This document shows, one piece after another, positions 10,561-20,646 of a stretch of 64,000 nt of DNA; position 1 is the stretch's first letter, and each line of letters opens with the position of its first letter. The notes beneath the pieces were generated by a model. The model did no database searches and was not told the DNA's origin. It saw only the letters and a program-made list of their open reading frames with translations. The stretch is from Xanthobacteraceae bacterium (GTDB lineage Bacteria; Pseudomonadota; Alphaproteobacteria; Rhizobiales; Xanthobacteraceae). Position numbers and translations under genes: made by a program. The stretch lies in assembly GCA_036513475.1 (NCBI GenBank), contig DATBYX010000475.1, forward strand, positions 4,707 through 68,706, given 5' to 3'.

Positions 10561-11006
10561 ATTCGATCAGTAACCGTTTTCTGAAGGCAATCGTAGGCGC
10601 CCTCAGTATAAAACGCGTGCAATGAAGACAAGGCTCGCGGGCCCGGGCGGATAGCTGGCATGCGGGTCCCGCTACGCAACTGACGTTGCACCAGCAGGCC
10701 CCATTTAGCTTGAGCAGGCGAGCAGGAGGGACCGCAATCCCGCGGCACAGCCGGCGCTTGCAAAAACCCGCCAGATAGCGATTTCTAAGCGAGGTGCCGC
10801 CATTTGCATGCTCACCTTGGCGCAGGAGGGCAGCGAATCGAGCAGTGGGCCTCGCCGCGCCCACATCGAGGAGTTCGAATGACGTCAGTTCGCGCTGGAT
10901 GCGGTGCGATCCCATCCACTGCTCTTCCTACCGTAGTGACCGCGGCCCGCGCGCCCTTTGGTGACCCAAGTAGCTGACGGGCGTCCATGCGCAGATGTGA
11001 GCAGGC

Positions 11007-12308
11007 ATGAACTTTGAAACCCCTCCCTCGCGCGCAAAGGCACTGGCGAACGCTCCTGTTCCGCTGCTCAGCGAGGGCTCCGATGAGGCTGCTCGCCTGC
11101 GGCTGCGTCGCAATCGGATTGTTGCTACCGGCCTGCTCGTGGTCATGGCTGTCATATTCGTGAGCACCCGACTGGTCCCTGAGCCGGGTTTCACGACGCT
11201 GCTCATCCAGTCCGGGGCCGAGGCGGGGATGGTCGGCGGCCTTGCTGATTGGTTCGCGGTGACGGCACTTTTCCGCCACCCGTTGGGTTTGCCCATTCCC
11301 CACACTGCGATCATTCCCAGCAACAAGGATCGAATCGGCCGCACTCTGGGACGCTTCGTGGAACGCAATTTTCTCACCTCCGAAGCGCTCACGAGCAGGC
11401 TCCGGCAGATGCAGGTCGGGCAACGCGTCGCGGCCTGGCTTGCGGCACCTGCCACCGCTCCGCTGATTGCACGCAGCGTCACAGCGATGCTGCCTTACCT
11501 GATCCATTCGCTGCGCAACCGCGATCTGCACGATTTTCTGCAGCGGACGTTAGGGGCACAGTTGCGTCAGGCAGATTTTGCACCCCTGATCGGGCGCGGC
11601 GTCCGCGTCCTGACGGCGAGTGGAGAAACGGACGTCCTCTTCGAGCACGCCATAGAGGTCGCCGGTCGATGGCTCAAGAAGAATCGCGACAAAATTGACG
11701 AGCTGGTCAGCCAGCATAGCCGCTGGTGGATTCCGAAAGCGATCGACCGCCGGGTAGCTGCAGCCCTTGTGGACGGCACGCTCGAGCTCCTCAGCGGACT
11801 GCGGAAACCCACCAGCGAAGCATCCACGAAATTCCGGGAGGTGATCGATGGTCTCGTCAACGAATTGCTGGAGTCCCCCGAAAAGCGCGAGCGGATCAAT
11901 GTCGGAGTGCAGCGTCTGCTCGCACATCCCGAAGCCCAGGCTTGGCTGAGATCGGTTTCGGAAGAGCTCGCCGAGAAGACACTCGATGACTTGGCCCGCC
12001 CGTCACCCCGGCTCCAGCTTGCCCTCGCCAAACCGATCTCGATCGTGGCTCGAGCGCTCGCAACCGATGAGGTCATGCAGCGACACATCGACAGCGTCGC
12101 AGAGCACTTGGCCCAATCGCTATTGGGGTGGCGTGGCGAGATCGGTTCATTCATTGCCGAGGTGGTACGCAGCTGGGACACAAGGATGCTTTCAGATCGT
12201 CTCGAGCTCGTCGTTGGCAGCGATCTCCAATACATCCGAATGAATGGCACGCTCGTCGGCGCATGTGTCGGATGCCTGATCTTCGTAGTCGCGCGATTGC
12301 TCGGCTAG
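11007..12308 (+). CDS. DUF445-family membrane protein
   Basis: The segment GGLADWFAVTALFRHPLGLPIPHTAIIPSNKDRIGRTLGRFV is typical of DUF445/YjiN-like proteins. There are terminal TM segments. Confidence 0.75.
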   Translation: MNFETPPSRAKALANAPVPLLSEGSDEAARLRLRRNRIVATGLLVVMAVIFVSTRLVPEPGFTTLLIQSGAEAGMVGGLADWFAVTALFRHPLGLPIPHTAIIPSNKDRIGRTLGRFVERNFLTSEALTSRLRQMQVGQRVAAWLAAPATAPLIARSVTAMLPYLIHSLRNRDLHDFLQRTLGAQLRQADFAPLIGRGVRVLTASGETDVLFEHAIEVAGRWLKKNRDKIDELVSQHSRWWIPKAIDRRVAAALVDGTLELLSGLRKPTSEASTKFREVIDGLVNELLESPEKRERINVGVQRLLAHPEAQAWLRSVSEELAEKTLDDLARPSPRLQLALAKPISIVARALATDEVMQRHIDSVAEHLAQSLLGWRGEIGSFIAEVVRSWDTRMLSDRLELVVGSDLQYIRMNGTLVGACVGCLIFVVARLLG

Positions 12309-12337
12309 CCGGGTACATTGATCCAACCCTTGTTGCC

Positions 12338-13045
12338 ATGTCGAGGGACGGCAACTCGAAGCACCCCCGCACTGTGTTCGGCCGGCGCAAGGGGCACAAG
12401 CTGACGGTCCGACATGCGGGTCTGATGCAGACACTGCTGCCGCAGTTGGCGCTCGACCTCTCGATCCGGCCAACCGACTTATCTTCCTTGTTTCCTTGCC
12501 CAGTCGAGGATGTGTGGCTGGAAATCGGGTTCGGTGGCGGCGAACACATGATCGATCAGTCACAGGCGCATCCACGCGTCGGCATTCTCGGCGTCGAACC
12601 CTTTGTAAATGGAATGGCGAAGGCTCTGGCAGCAATCGACGCGCATGCTCTCTCCAATATCCGTCTCCATCATGGAGACGCCATGGAGCTGCTGGACTGG
12701 CTCCCCCGCGCGTGCCTCGGCCGAGTCGATCTTCTCTATCCCGACCCGTGGCCGAAACGCCGCCACTGGAAGCGCCGTTTTATGCAAGACGAAAAGGTTG
12801 CGGCAATCGCATCCGCGCTGCGCCCGGATGGAGAGTTTCGTTTCGCGACCGACGTTGCGGATTACGCCGACTGGACGCTCAAGCACATGCTGCGGTCCCG
12901 GGATTTTGAATGGACCGCCGCGCGCGCGGACGATTGGCGGCGGCCCTGGCCCGGCTTTGCGGGCACACGCTATGAAGGCAAGGCCATACGGGAAGGTCGT
13001 ATGCCTTACTACCTGACTTTTCGCAGGACTTCATTCTGCGGATGA
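12338..13045 (+). CDS. trmB: tRNA (guanine-N7)-methyltransferase
   Basis: LEIGFGGGEH SAM motif and LYPDPWPKRRHWKRRF. ATG 12338 is chosen because the longer ORF from 12128 overlaps the DUF445 gene with non-homologous sequence. Confidence 0.85.
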   Translation: MSRDGNSKHPRTVFGRRKGHKLTVRHAGLMQTLLPQLALDLSIRPTDLSSLFPCPVEDVWLEIGFGGGEHMIDQSQAHPRVGILGVEPFVNGMAKALAAIDAHALSNIRLHHGDAMELLDWLPRACLGRVDLLYPDPWPKRRHWKRRFMQDEKVAAIASALRPDGEFRFATDVADYADWTLKHMLRSRDFEWTAARADDWRRPWPGFAGTRYEGKAIREGRMPYYLTFRRTSFCG

Positions 13046-14149
13046 GGCCCGCTGCCAGTGCTGCACCTGCCAGAACCGCATCACGCGCTGCGCAGTCGTT
13101 GGCGATAAGCGCTCGAAATTCTCATATGCCGTATCGAGATCGCGGTTGGACAAACCAGAGAAGTGCGGCATCGCCTCAATGACAGCCTTGACCGTCTGCC
13201 AGCCCCAACCTGCCGACTTGCAGAGGATGAGGACGGGATCAGGCCGGTCTGCAGCTATGAGCCCCTCTACCACATCGATCGGAACGGCGCAGAAGAAGGA
13301 AAGGGTGGCAATCAAATCTTCGGGCTGACCGGTCTTGGCAAATTCAACTAGAGTGCCCTCATCGAGCTTGCCCTGTTCGCTCAGTTCCAGAATCTTTCGG
13401 TGCGCGCTCGCATAATCCCGTTGGGCAGCTTCTGCCTCCGTCCTCCCGGAAGCTTCCGCCATTACGCGGACAATCTCGGATCGAACCTCTGGCTTTGCCC
13501 TGGCTAGCAAGCGCTGCTGCAGTGCCTGCGTGCCGTCGAGCAGGAGATCCCGAAACAGCCTCGGTGGAACGTCAGGGCGCAGTCCTATCCTCTCGGCCAG
13601 CACCCTATCCTCGCCAGCCCTTCCCACCAGCGTCGCAAAGCTCGCATCTGAAAGCCGGGCGTCCAGGTTCTCAGCGAGGCTGCGCAACACCGCTTCCTCG
13701 CCGCGCCGAACCAGGATGTCTGTTACGGTTTGCGGGAGCCATTTGCGTTTGGAAAGGGCAAGCAGATGCGATTGGCCCTTGCTCTCAGCGATGTCCACTA
13801 AATCGTTCTGCTCCAGCCGTTGCGAGCGCCTGAGAACGGGACGTGCGACCGCCGCATCATCGTCCCTCGCCAACCGCCGGATCAATTCTCGCGGCGCTTT
13901 ACCCAGGACAGCCAGCCGGGCAGAGAGTTCCGCGCGAGCATCCACGTCGACCTCGGCAGCGAGGCGGCAGAACACATCATCGAACAGCTGAATGTGACTC
14001 TCGTTCAAGCTGGCGGCGCCATCGGCAAAAAGATCCGTGATTCGTCGGAGTGTCTCGGCTCGACGCGCGCAAGAGCCGCTCTCGATCACGTCCTCCAGTT
14101 CCGGAATAAGTGGAGCACCAGGCATTGCAAACACCACCGGGCGGCCCAT
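13031..14149 (-). CDS. DUF2336-domain protein
   Basis: Helical-repeat protein with RRITDLFADGAASLNESHIQLFDDVF...ARAELSARLA..., recalled as the DUF2336 pattern common in Rhizobiales. Its 3' end overlaps the trmB 3' end by 15 nt (convergent genes). Confidence 0.65.
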   Translation of the reverse strand: MGRPVVFAMPGAPLIPELEDVIESGSCARRAETLRRITDLFADGAASLNESHIQLFDDVFCRLAAEVDVDARAELSARLAVLGKAPRELIRRLARDDDAAVARPVLRRSQRLEQNDLVDIAESKGQSHLLALSKRKWLPQTVTDILVRRGEEAVLRSLAENLDARLSDASFATLVGRAGEDRVLAERIGLRPDVPPRLFRDLLLDGTQALQQRLLARAKPEVRSEIVRVMAEASGRTEAEAAQRDYASAHRKILELSEQGKLDEGTLVEFAKTGQPEDLIATLSFFCAVPIDVVEGLIAADRPDPVLILCKSAGWGWQTVKAVIEAMPHFSGLSNRDLDTAYENFERLSPTTAQRVMRFWQVQHWQRASSAE

Positions 14150-14326
14150 CGAATGAAGACGTGAATGGGTCCGCAGTCGAAGAAATTAAGTAACGAATCT
14201 GAAGGAAAAGTTAGTTACCGGATCATTAGACGGCGCTCCTCCTCACGCCGGCGGCCCTCATCCATTCGGGCGTGCGTGCCTCCACGAGCAGAGCTGTCCC
14301 CTCGGGCCTCTCGGCGCCCTCGGGCC

Positions 14327-14354
14327 TTGCGCCCGTGGCGAAAATCGCTATATT
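14327..14354 (+). promoter_or_regulatory. Sigma70-like promoter candidate (TTGCGC-N16-TATATT) upstream of the rimP operon leader
   Basis: TTGCGC at 14327-14332, a 16-nt spacer and TATATT at 14349-14354. No experimental support. Confidence 0.35.
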
Positions 14355-14413
14355 TTCGTCATCCAGTTGCTGGATATCTCATAACGATCGAATAAGGTTC
14401 GGTCGGCTTTTGA

Positions 14414-14447
14414 GAGTGGGTTCCACCGGGACCCGCTCTTTTTTGTT
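14414..14447 (+). terminator. Intrinsic terminator-like hairpin plus U-tract in the rimP leader
   Basis: GAGUGGGU (14414-14421) pairs with ACCCGCUC (14431-14438), with one G-U pair. It is followed by TTTTTTGTT (14439-14447). The U-tract exists only in the + orientation. Confidence 0.6.
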
Positions 14448-14510
14448 ACCTACCGGACCGGTGGCTGACGGGGAGCAAGTCCAAGCTGCACCAGCGCTGA
14501 GTGACGCTCG

Positions 14511-15272
14511 ATGACGCAACCAGTCGAAACGCTCGAGACTAATGCCGATCCCCGATTGATCGTCGAACTGGGGCTGGCGGCGCGAGTAGCGGGAATCGTC
14601 GAACCTGTCCTGGCTGATATGGGCTATCGACTTGTGCGTGTGAGGGTTTTGGGAGTTGATGGGTGCACTCTCCAGGTCATGGCCGAGCGGCCCGACGGAA
14701 CCATGACTATCGAGGATTGTGAACGAGTTTCGCGCGCGCTTTCACCGGTGCTCGACGTTGCGGACCCGATGGAACGTGGCTATCGGCTCGAAGTATCGTC
14801 GCCCGGATTGGATCGACCTCTCGTGCGTCGCTCGGATTTTGAACGCTATGCTGGCCACAGCATAAAGGTGGAGATGGTGAGCCCCGTCGAGGGCCGAAAG
14901 CGCTTCCGCGGCGTGTTGACGGGTATCGACGGCGACTGCGCCCGCATGCGCCGAGAAGATGTTGCGCCCGACGAATCGACGGAGGTGCGGTTGCGGCTCG
15001 AAGGAATGGCGGAAGCCAAGCTGGTGCTGACCGACGCGCTTCTCGCGGGGTCGCTCAGGCGTGGCAAGGCCGCCAAACGCGCGGCACGTCAGGAAGGGCG
15101 CGGGCGTCGTTGGCGACCGCAAGGGCCGAAAGATGCGGGCCACCTGGAGCCGATGCTCCGCGACGAAGGCGTTGTCAGCCTAAGAGACGAAGGCGTTGTC
15201 AGCCTAAGAAAGGACTTCCAGGCCCGCCCGGGCACAGGATTGTCTGTAAGCAAGAACGAAGAAGGAGAATGA
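14511..15272 (+). CDS. rimP: Ribosome maturation factor RimP
   Basis: YRLVRVRV...[10 protein letters not shown]...[16 protein letters not shown]...[14 protein letters not shown]. Located upstream of nusA. The C-terminal tail contains a duplicated octapeptide. Confidence 0.9.
   Translation: MTQPVETLETNADPRLIVELGLAARVAGIVEPVLADMGYRLVRVRVLGVDGCTLQVMAERPDGTMTIEDCERVSRALSPVLDVADPMERGYRLEVSSPGLDRPLVRRSDFERYAGHSIKVEMVSPVEGRKRFRGVLTGIDGDCARMRREDVAPDESTEVRLRLEGMAEAKLVLTDALLAGSLRRGKAAKRAARQEGRGRRWRPQGPKDAGHLEPMLRDEGVVSLRDEGVVSLRKDFQARPGTGLSVSKNEEGE
15162..15209. repeat. Perfect 24-bp tandem duplication (2 copies) inside the rimP 3' end
   Basis: GACGAAGGCGTTGTCAGCCTAAGA occurs at 15162-15185 and again at 15186-15209. 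It is in frame and encodes DEGVVSLR twice. Confidence 0.95.
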
Positions 15273-15274
15273 AC

Positions 15275-16879
15275 ATGGCCGTGAGTGCGAACCGGCTGGA
15301 ACTGTTGCAGATCGCCGACGCAGTGGCGCGCGAGAAAGCAATCGATCGTGGAATTGTCATTGCAGCGATGGAAGACGCCATCCAGAAGGCCGCACGCTCG
15401 CGCTACGGCAGCGAGACGGAAGTGCGCGCCGAGATCAACCCCAAGACGGGCGAGATGCGATTATCGCGGCTTCTGCTGGTGGCGGACCAGGTCGAGAACG
15501 ACGCAACGCAAATATCGGTGGAGGATGCCAAGAAGCGCAATCCCGCCGCCCAGGTGGGCGACTTCATCGCCGAACCGTTGCCCCCGCTGGAATACGGCCG
15601 GATTGCCGCGCAATCAGCAAAGCAGGTGATTGTTCAGAAGGTGCGTGAGGCCGAGCGGGATCGACAATATCAGGAGTACAAGGACCGCATTGGCGACATC
15701 GTCAATGGCATCGTCAAGCGCGTCGAATATGGCAACGTGGTCGTTGATCTCGGTCGCGGCGAAGCGATCGTGCGTCGTGACGAATTGCTGCCGCGCGAGA
15801 CCTTCCGGAATGGGGACCGTATCCGGGCCTTCATCTACGACGTGCGCCGAGAGCCGCGCGGCCCCCAGATTTTCCTCTCCCGCACTCACCCGCAATTCAT
15901 GGCCAAGCTGTTCGCGCAGGAGGTGCCAGAAATCTACGACGGCATCGTCGAGGTGAAGGCGGTTGCACGCGACCCCGGCTCGCGCGCCAAGATCGCCGTT
16001 ATCTCCCGCGACTCCTCGGTCGATCCGGTGGGGGCCTGCGTGGGCATGCGCGGTTCGCGTGTCCAGGCAGTGGTGAACGAACTCCAGGGTGAGAAGATCG
16101 ACATCATTCCCTGGACGGCAGACCCGGCAAATTTCGTGGTCAATGCGCTCGCGCCCGCCGAGGTGGCCAAGGTGGTGCTGGACGAGGAGCGCCAGCGCAT
16201 GGAAGTGGTGGTGCCTGATCAGCAGCTCTCGCTTGCGATTGGCCGACGCGGGCAGAACGTGCGGCTTGCGTCGCAGCTCACCGGCTGGGATATCGATATC
16301 GTGACAGAGCAGGAGGAATCCGAACATCGTCAAGCTGAATTCGAGAACCGCACAAAGCTCTTTGTCGATGCCCTCAACCTCGACGAAGTGGTGGGGCAAC
16401 TGCTCGCTTCTGAGGGTTTCAACTCGGTCCAGGAGCTTGCGATTGTGGATGAAAAGGAGCTAGCCGGCATCGAGGGATTCGACGAAGATACAGCGCAAGA
16501 ATTGCAGGCACGCGCCCGAGACTATCTCGCGAAGGAAGAGGCCGACCTCGATGCTGCGCGCCGGGAACTCGGAGTTGCAGATGATCTGAAAGAAATTCCC
16601 GGGATCACGACCGCCATGTTGGTGAAATTGGGCGAGAACGACATCAAAACCGTGGAAGACTTGGCAGGATGCGCCACGGACGATCTCGTCGGCTGGAGTG
16701 AGCGCAAGGACGGGGAACTGACACGCAACCCGGGTATTCTCGACGGCTTCGATGTCTCGCGCGAGGAGGCCGAAGCGCTGATCATGCAGGCGCGCGTGAA
16801 GGCAGGCTGGATCAAGGAAGAGGATCTTGTGACCCCACCCCAAGAGCTTCCGGCCGAACCCGCCTTGGCGCAGTCATAA
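15275..16879 (+). CDS. nusA: Transcription termination/antitermination factor NusA
   Basis: ANRLELLQIADAVAREKAIDR, an S1 domain, KH motifs GACVGMRGSRVQAVVNELQGEKIDII and LAIGRRGQNVRLASQLTGW, and C-terminal HhH repeats. GAAGGAG lies 8 nt upstream of ATG 15275. Confidence 0.95.
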   Translation: MAVSANRLELLQIADAVAREKAIDRGIVIAAMEDAIQKAARSRYGSETEVRAEINPKTGEMRLSRLLLVADQVENDATQISVEDAKKRNPAAQVGDFIAEPLPPLEYGRIAAQSAKQVIVQKVREAERDRQYQEYKDRIGDIVNGIVKRVEYGNVVVDLGRGEAIVRRDELLPRETFRNGDRIRAFIYDVRREPRGPQIFLSRTHPQFMAKLFAQEVPEIYDGIVEVKAVARDPGSRAKIAVISRDSSVDPVGACVGMRGSRVQAVVNELQGEKIDIIPWTADPANFVVNALAPAEVAKVVLDEERQRMEVVVPDQQLSLAIGRRGQNVRLASQLTGWDIDIVTEQEESEHRQAEFENRTKLFVDALNLDEVVGQLLASEGFNSVQELAIVDEKELAGIEGFDEDTAQELQARARDYLAKEEADLDAARRELGVADDLKEIPGITTAMLVKLGENDIKTVEDLAGCATDDLVGWSERKDGELTRNPGILDGFDVSREEAEALIMQARVKAGWIKEEDLVTPPQELPAEPALAQS

Positions 16880-16910
16880 GGGCCGCGAGAACGAGACGGA
16901 GAGGTGTGCC

Positions 16911-17579
16911 GTGCTGCGCAAGCGAGCTCCGAGGTCGGAACGGCTTTGCGCCGTTACTGGCGAGGTAAAGCCGGTTGCTGACATGATCCGTTTCGTCGTC
17001 GGCCCGGACCATACTGTCGTGCCGGATGTCAAACACCGGCTACCGGGCCGAGGGACTTGGATTACGAGCACGCGGCAAGCGCTCGAACTCGCGATCAACC
17101 GCAGGAGCTTCGAGCGGAGCTTCAAGCGTCACGTTTGCGTTCCGTGCGATCTTGTCGAGTTGACTGAAGAGCTGCTGGAAAGAGCTGTGCTCGATGCACT
17201 CGCAATGTGCCACAAGGCCGGCAAAGCCGTGATTGGGTTCAGCAAGCTCGAGGCCGCGATCGCGCGGGGTATGGCTGTCGCCGCCCTGCACGCCGTCGAG
17301 GCTTCCGCCGAAGGCGTCAGGAAACTCGACGGGGCACTCGGGTGTGGCTCCGCGAGCCGCGTCGTATTGAAAGGGTTCACCTCGGCGCAATTGGATTTGG
17401 CATTCGGACGGTCAAATGTGATACATGCAGGCCTGCTTGCCAGTTCCGAAACCGGGACGTTTCTCGCGCGCGTTGCGCGACTGGATCGTTTCCGGACTGG
17501 GGCTATGGCAGGTCCGGCTGCCATAGCCAAATATGGCTTGCTTGCATCGACCAAGCTCGGGCTCGTCGAAGGTCGATGA
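16911..17579 (+). CDS. YlxR (DUF448)-like RNA-binding protein with C-terminal L7Ae-like domain
   Basis: RLCAVTGEVKPVADMIRFVVGPD...LPGRGTWI is the YlxR pattern. The C-terminal half (LAMCHKAGKAVIGFSKLEAAI...) resembles YlxQ/L7Ae. It occupies the conserved slot between nusA and infB. GTG start preceded by GGAGAGG. Confidence 0.8.
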   Translation: MLRKRAPRSERLCAVTGEVKPVADMIRFVVGPDHTVVPDVKHRLPGRGTWITSTRQALELAINRRSFERSFKRHVCVPCDLVELTEELLERAVLDALAMCHKAGKAVIGFSKLEAAIARGMAVAALHAVEASAEGVRKLDGALGCGSASRVVLKGFTSAQLDLAFGRSNVIHAGLLASSETGTFLARVARLDRFRTGAMAGPAAIAKYGLLASTKLGLVEGR

Positions 17580-17620
17580 GCGAGAGGTCGCAGCAAGCCG
17601 ACGATGGTTGAGTTGGATTG

Positions 17621-20209
17621 ATGGGAATGGCTGAAACAACGGAAAAGACTAGCGAAAAGAAGCTAAGCGTAGCCGCGACCAAGACCGTCACCCTGAAAGG
17701 ACGGGGCGTCGAACAGGGGGTGGTGCGCCAGAGTTTCAGCCATGGCCGCAGCAAGGCGGTCGTTGTTGAGAAGGTCAAAAGCCGCGTACCCACCCGAGCA
17801 AGGGCTGAGACCGCGACGCCGGCTGCGGCGCCGCCCAAACGCACTCTTGCCGCCCCCTCGGCCGTCCCGATCACGCCGGCCGCCCCGCCGGCCACCGCGA
17901 CACCAGCAGCTGCGCCCAAACCGTCCGGAGTTGTGCTGCGTACGCTCACAGACGAGGAGCGCACGGCTCGTGCCCGTGCTCTGGGCGATGCCCGGTTGCG
18001 CGAAGCAGAAGAGCGCAGAATTGCCGAAGAGGAGGCCCTGCTCCGGAAAAGCCGTGAAACGGTGGAGCGCACCGAGCGTGATGCCGCGGAAGCTCGCAAG
18101 GCTGAGGAAGAGCGCCGCCGCAAGCACGAACTGGAAACGAAGCTCAAAGCGGAGCAGGAGGCGAAAAAGCGCTTCGGTGAGGACGCAACGCACGCCAAGC
18201 CCTTGGCTGGACGACCTGCGCTCGAACCCGATGAGGAAGAGACGCCGCGGGCGCGACGCGGCGCGGGCGCCGGGCGAGCGGCCCCCGCCCCGAAACCTGC
18301 GCGCGGCACCGCTCAGAAGAACCGCGGACGCTTGACACTAGTCACCGCACTAAGCGCCGACGAAGAGCGCGAACGATCGGTCGCAGCCTTCCGTCGGAGG
18401 GTTCAGCGGCTGAAAGGCCAAGCGGCCGATGAACCGAAAGAGAAACTCATTCGCGAAGTCACGATCCCGGAAACCATCACCGTCCAGGAACTCGCCAATC
18501 GCATGGCCGAAAGGGCGGTCGACGTGATCAAGCTGTTGATGAAGCAAGGCCACATGGCCCAGATCAATGACGTGATCGATGCGGACACCGCCCAGTTGCT
18601 CGCCGAAGAGCTCGGCCACACGGTGAAACGGGTGGCGGAATCCGATGTCGAAGAGGGACTTTTCGACGTTACCGATGATCCTTCCGCGTTATTGCCGCGT
18701 CCGGCGGTCGTGACCGTCATGGGCCATGTCGATCACGGCAAGACCTCTCTTCTTGATGCCATTCGCTCCACGGAGGTCGCAGCCGGCGAGGCTGGCGGCA
18801 TTACCCAGCACATCGGGGCGTATCAAGTGACCGCTCCGTCGGGCAGCAAGATTACTTTCATTGATACGCCCGGCCACGCGGCCTTCACCGCCATGCGCGC
18901 GCGGGGAGCGAAAGTGACTGACGTCGTGGTGCTGGTGGTTGCGGCTGATGACGGGGTAATGCCGCAGACGGTCGAGGCGATAAATCACGCGAAGGCGGCC
19001 AAGGTGCCGATGATCATTGCCATCAACAAGATCGACCGACCGGACGCCAAGCCTGAGCGGGTACGCAATGAGCTGCTGGCGCATGAAATCCAGGTGGAGT
19101 CCCTGGGCGGGGATGTCCTTGATGTGGAAGTCTCGGCAACTAAGAAGCTCAACATCGATAAACTCCTGGAAACGATCGGACTGCAGGCGGAGATTCTTGA
19201 TCTTAAGGCCAGCCCGAACCGGCCGGCCGAAGGCACTGTAATCGAGGCGAAGCTCGATCGCGGCCGCGGGCCGGTAGCCAGCGTGCTGGTGCAACGCGGG
19301 ACGCTGCATACGGGAGACATCGTCGTTGCCGGGGCCGAGTGGGGCCGCGTGCGTGCTCTGATGTCGGACGCCGGCCAACCCGTGGATATGGCCGGGCCTT
19401 CGACACCGGTCGAAGTGCTCGGATTCAACGGCATACCGGAAGCAGGGGATCGCCTGGCAGTGGTCGACAGCGAGGCGCGGGCGCGCGAGGTGACCGATTA
19501 TCGCGCTCGGCAGAAACGGGACAAGCTCGCGGCCCGCGCGACGGGAATGCGCGGCTCTCTCGAGCAAATGATGACCCAGCTCAAGAGCGCCGGACGGCGG
19601 GAATTCCCCTTGGTGATCAAGGCGGACGTGCAGGGCTCCCTCGAAGCCATCGCCGGCGCCCTCGAGAAGCTCGGCACCAGCGAGGTCATTGCGCGAGTGT
19701 TGCACGGCAGCGTCGGTGGCATCACCGAATCGGACGTCACGCTGGCGGAAGCCTCCGGTGCAGTGATCATCGGCTTCAATGTGCGCGCCCATAAGGAGGC
19801 GCGCGAGGCGGCCGAGCGTGCCGGTATCGAGATTCGCTACTACAACATCATCTACGACCTCGTGGACGACGTGAAGAAAGCGATGTCCGGGTTGCTTGCA
19901 CCGTCGGTGCGCGAGACCACGCTTGGCAGTGCCGTCATTCTGGAAATCTTCAAGGTCTCGAAGGTCGGCAATGTTGCGGGATGCCGTGTCACTGAAGGGA
20001 CAGTGGAGCGCGGCGCGAACGTCAGGCTGGTGCGCGACAATGTGGTCGTGCATGAGGGCAAGCTTTCGCAGCTCAAGCGATTCAAGGACGATGCGCGAGA
20101 AGTTGTTGCGGGCCAGGAATGCGGAATGGCGTTTGAGAACTACCACGACATGCGGGTCGGCGACGTGATCGAATGCTTCCGCACGGAGACGGTGCAACGC
20201 ACCCTTTGA
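17621..20209 (+). CDS. infB: Translation initiation factor IF-2
   Basis: G domain with [27 protein letters not shown] and NKID, plus an Ala/Pro/Glu-rich N-terminal region. First ATG at 17621; the track start at 17618 is a TTG. Confidence 0.95.
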   Translation: MGMAETTEKTSEKKLSVAATKTVTLKGRGVEQGVVRQSFSHGRSKAVVVEKVKSRVPTRARAETATPAAAPPKRTLAAPSAVPITPAAPPATATPAAAPKPSGVVLRTLTDEERTARARALGDARLREAEERRIAEEEALLRKSRETVERTERDAAEARKAEEERRRKHELETKLKAEQEAKKRFGEDATHAKPLAGRPALEPDEEETPRARRGAGAGRAAPAPKPARGTAQKNRGRLTLVTALSADEERERSVAAFRRRVQRLKGQAADEPKEKLIREVTIPETITVQELANRMAERAVDVIKLLMKQGHMAQINDVIDADTAQLLAEELGHTVKRVAESDVEEGLFDVTDDPSALLPRPAVVTVMGHVDHGKTSLLDAIRSTEVAAGEAGGITQHIGAYQVTAPSGSKITFIDTPGHAAFTAMRARGAKVTDVVVLVVAADDGVMPQTVEAINHAKAAKVPMIIAINKIDRPDAKPERVRNELLAHEIQVESLGGDVLDVEVSATKKLNIDKLLETIGLQAEILDLKASPNRPAEGTVIEAKLDRGRGPVASVLVQRGTLHTGDIVVAGAEWGRVRALMSDAGQPVDMAGPSTPVEVLGFNGIPEAGDRLAVVDSEARAREVTDYRARQKRDKLAARATGMRGSLEQMMTQLKSAGRREFPLVIKADVQGSLEAIAGALEKLGTSEVIARVLHGSVGGITESDVTLAEASGAVIIGFNVRAHKEAREAAERAGIEIRYYNIIYDLVDDVKKAMSGLLAPSVRETTLGSAVILEIFKVSKVGNVAGCRVTEGTVERGANVRLVRDNVVVHEGKLSQLKRFKDDAREVVAGQECGMAFENYHDMRVGDVIECFRTETVQRTL

Positions 20210-20646
20210 TGGCCCGCCATCATCGAGTGAAGGCCGACCCAGGGCTCTCCCAGCGGCAGTTGCGGGTGGGCGAGTTGGTGCGGCACGTGCTCGCCGACCT
20301 GCTTGCTCGCGGCGAAGTGCATGATCCCGTGATCGAAGGCCATATGATAACCGTCTCGGAAGTGCGCATGACCGCCGACCTGCGCCTGGCAACAATCTAT
20401 GTGATGCCGCTGGGCGGCCAGGATGTCGATGTTGTGGCTGCCGCCTTGGATCGCAACAAACGATTTCTGCGCGGCGAGATTGCACGGCACATCAACCTGA
20501 AATTTGCTCCCGAAATCAGATTTGCAGTCGATCCGAGATTTGACGAAGCAGATCGAATAGAGCGGCTTTTGCGTACGCCCGCCGTGCAGCGCGACCTTAA
20601 TAAGCCCGACGATGACCAGAATAAGCCCGACGATGACCAGAGTTGA
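20209..20646 (+). CDS. rbfA: Ribosome-binding factor A
   Basis: [19 protein letters not shown]...[18 protein letters not shown]. The ATG overlaps the infB stop (TGATG). The C-terminal tail carries a duplicated heptapeptide. Confidence 0.9.
   Translation: MARHHRVKADPGLSQRQLRVGELVRHVLADLLARGEVHDPVIEGHMITVSEVRMTADLRLATIYVMPLGGQDVDVVAAALDRNKRFLRGEIARHINLKFAPEIRFAVDPRFDEADRIERLLRTPAVQRDLNKPDDDQNKPDDDQS
20599..20640. repeat. Perfect 21-bp tandem duplication (2 copies) spanning the rbfA 3' end and truB 5' start region
   Basis: AATAAGCCCGACGATGACCAG occurs at 20599-20619 and 20620-20640. It encodes NKPDDDQ twice in rbfA. Each copy carries an in-frame truB ATG (20612 and 20633). Confidence 0.95.

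Noticed and set aside
10768-10790. TTTCTAAG in the MFS/DUF445 intergenic region, considered as an Irr ICE box (TTTAGAA-N3-TTCTAAA)
   Set aside because: Only one half-site resembles the motif. The other half has no matches.
9353-10915. 520-aa minus-strand ORF overlapping the MFS transporter in another frame
   Set aside because: It shares the strand and region with a well-formed 12-TM MFS gene. Its translation is Arg/Pro/Ala-rich with no domain features, so it is a GC-driven artefact.
12128-12337. Long N-terminal extension of trmB suggested by the ORF track
   Set aside because: The extension overlaps the DUF445 gene's 3' end and shows no TrmB-like sequence. ATG 12338 gives a normal-length TrmB.
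14165-14395. 76-aa ORF in the DUF2336-rimP intergenic region
   Set aside because: It is extremely Arg/Ser/Pro-rich with no SD. The region is better explained as a promoter and leader.
15110-15274. Upstream extension of nusA (start at 15110)
   Set aside because: It overlaps the rimP 3' end. The canonical NusA N-terminus begins at ATG 15275, which is preceded by GAAGGAG.
18689-20485. 598-aa ORF on the minus strand
   Set aside because: It is entirely antisense to infB/rbfA. It is Arg/Ala/Gly/His-rich and low-complexity, with no recognisable motifs. Such long stop-free antisense frames are typical of high-GC genomes.
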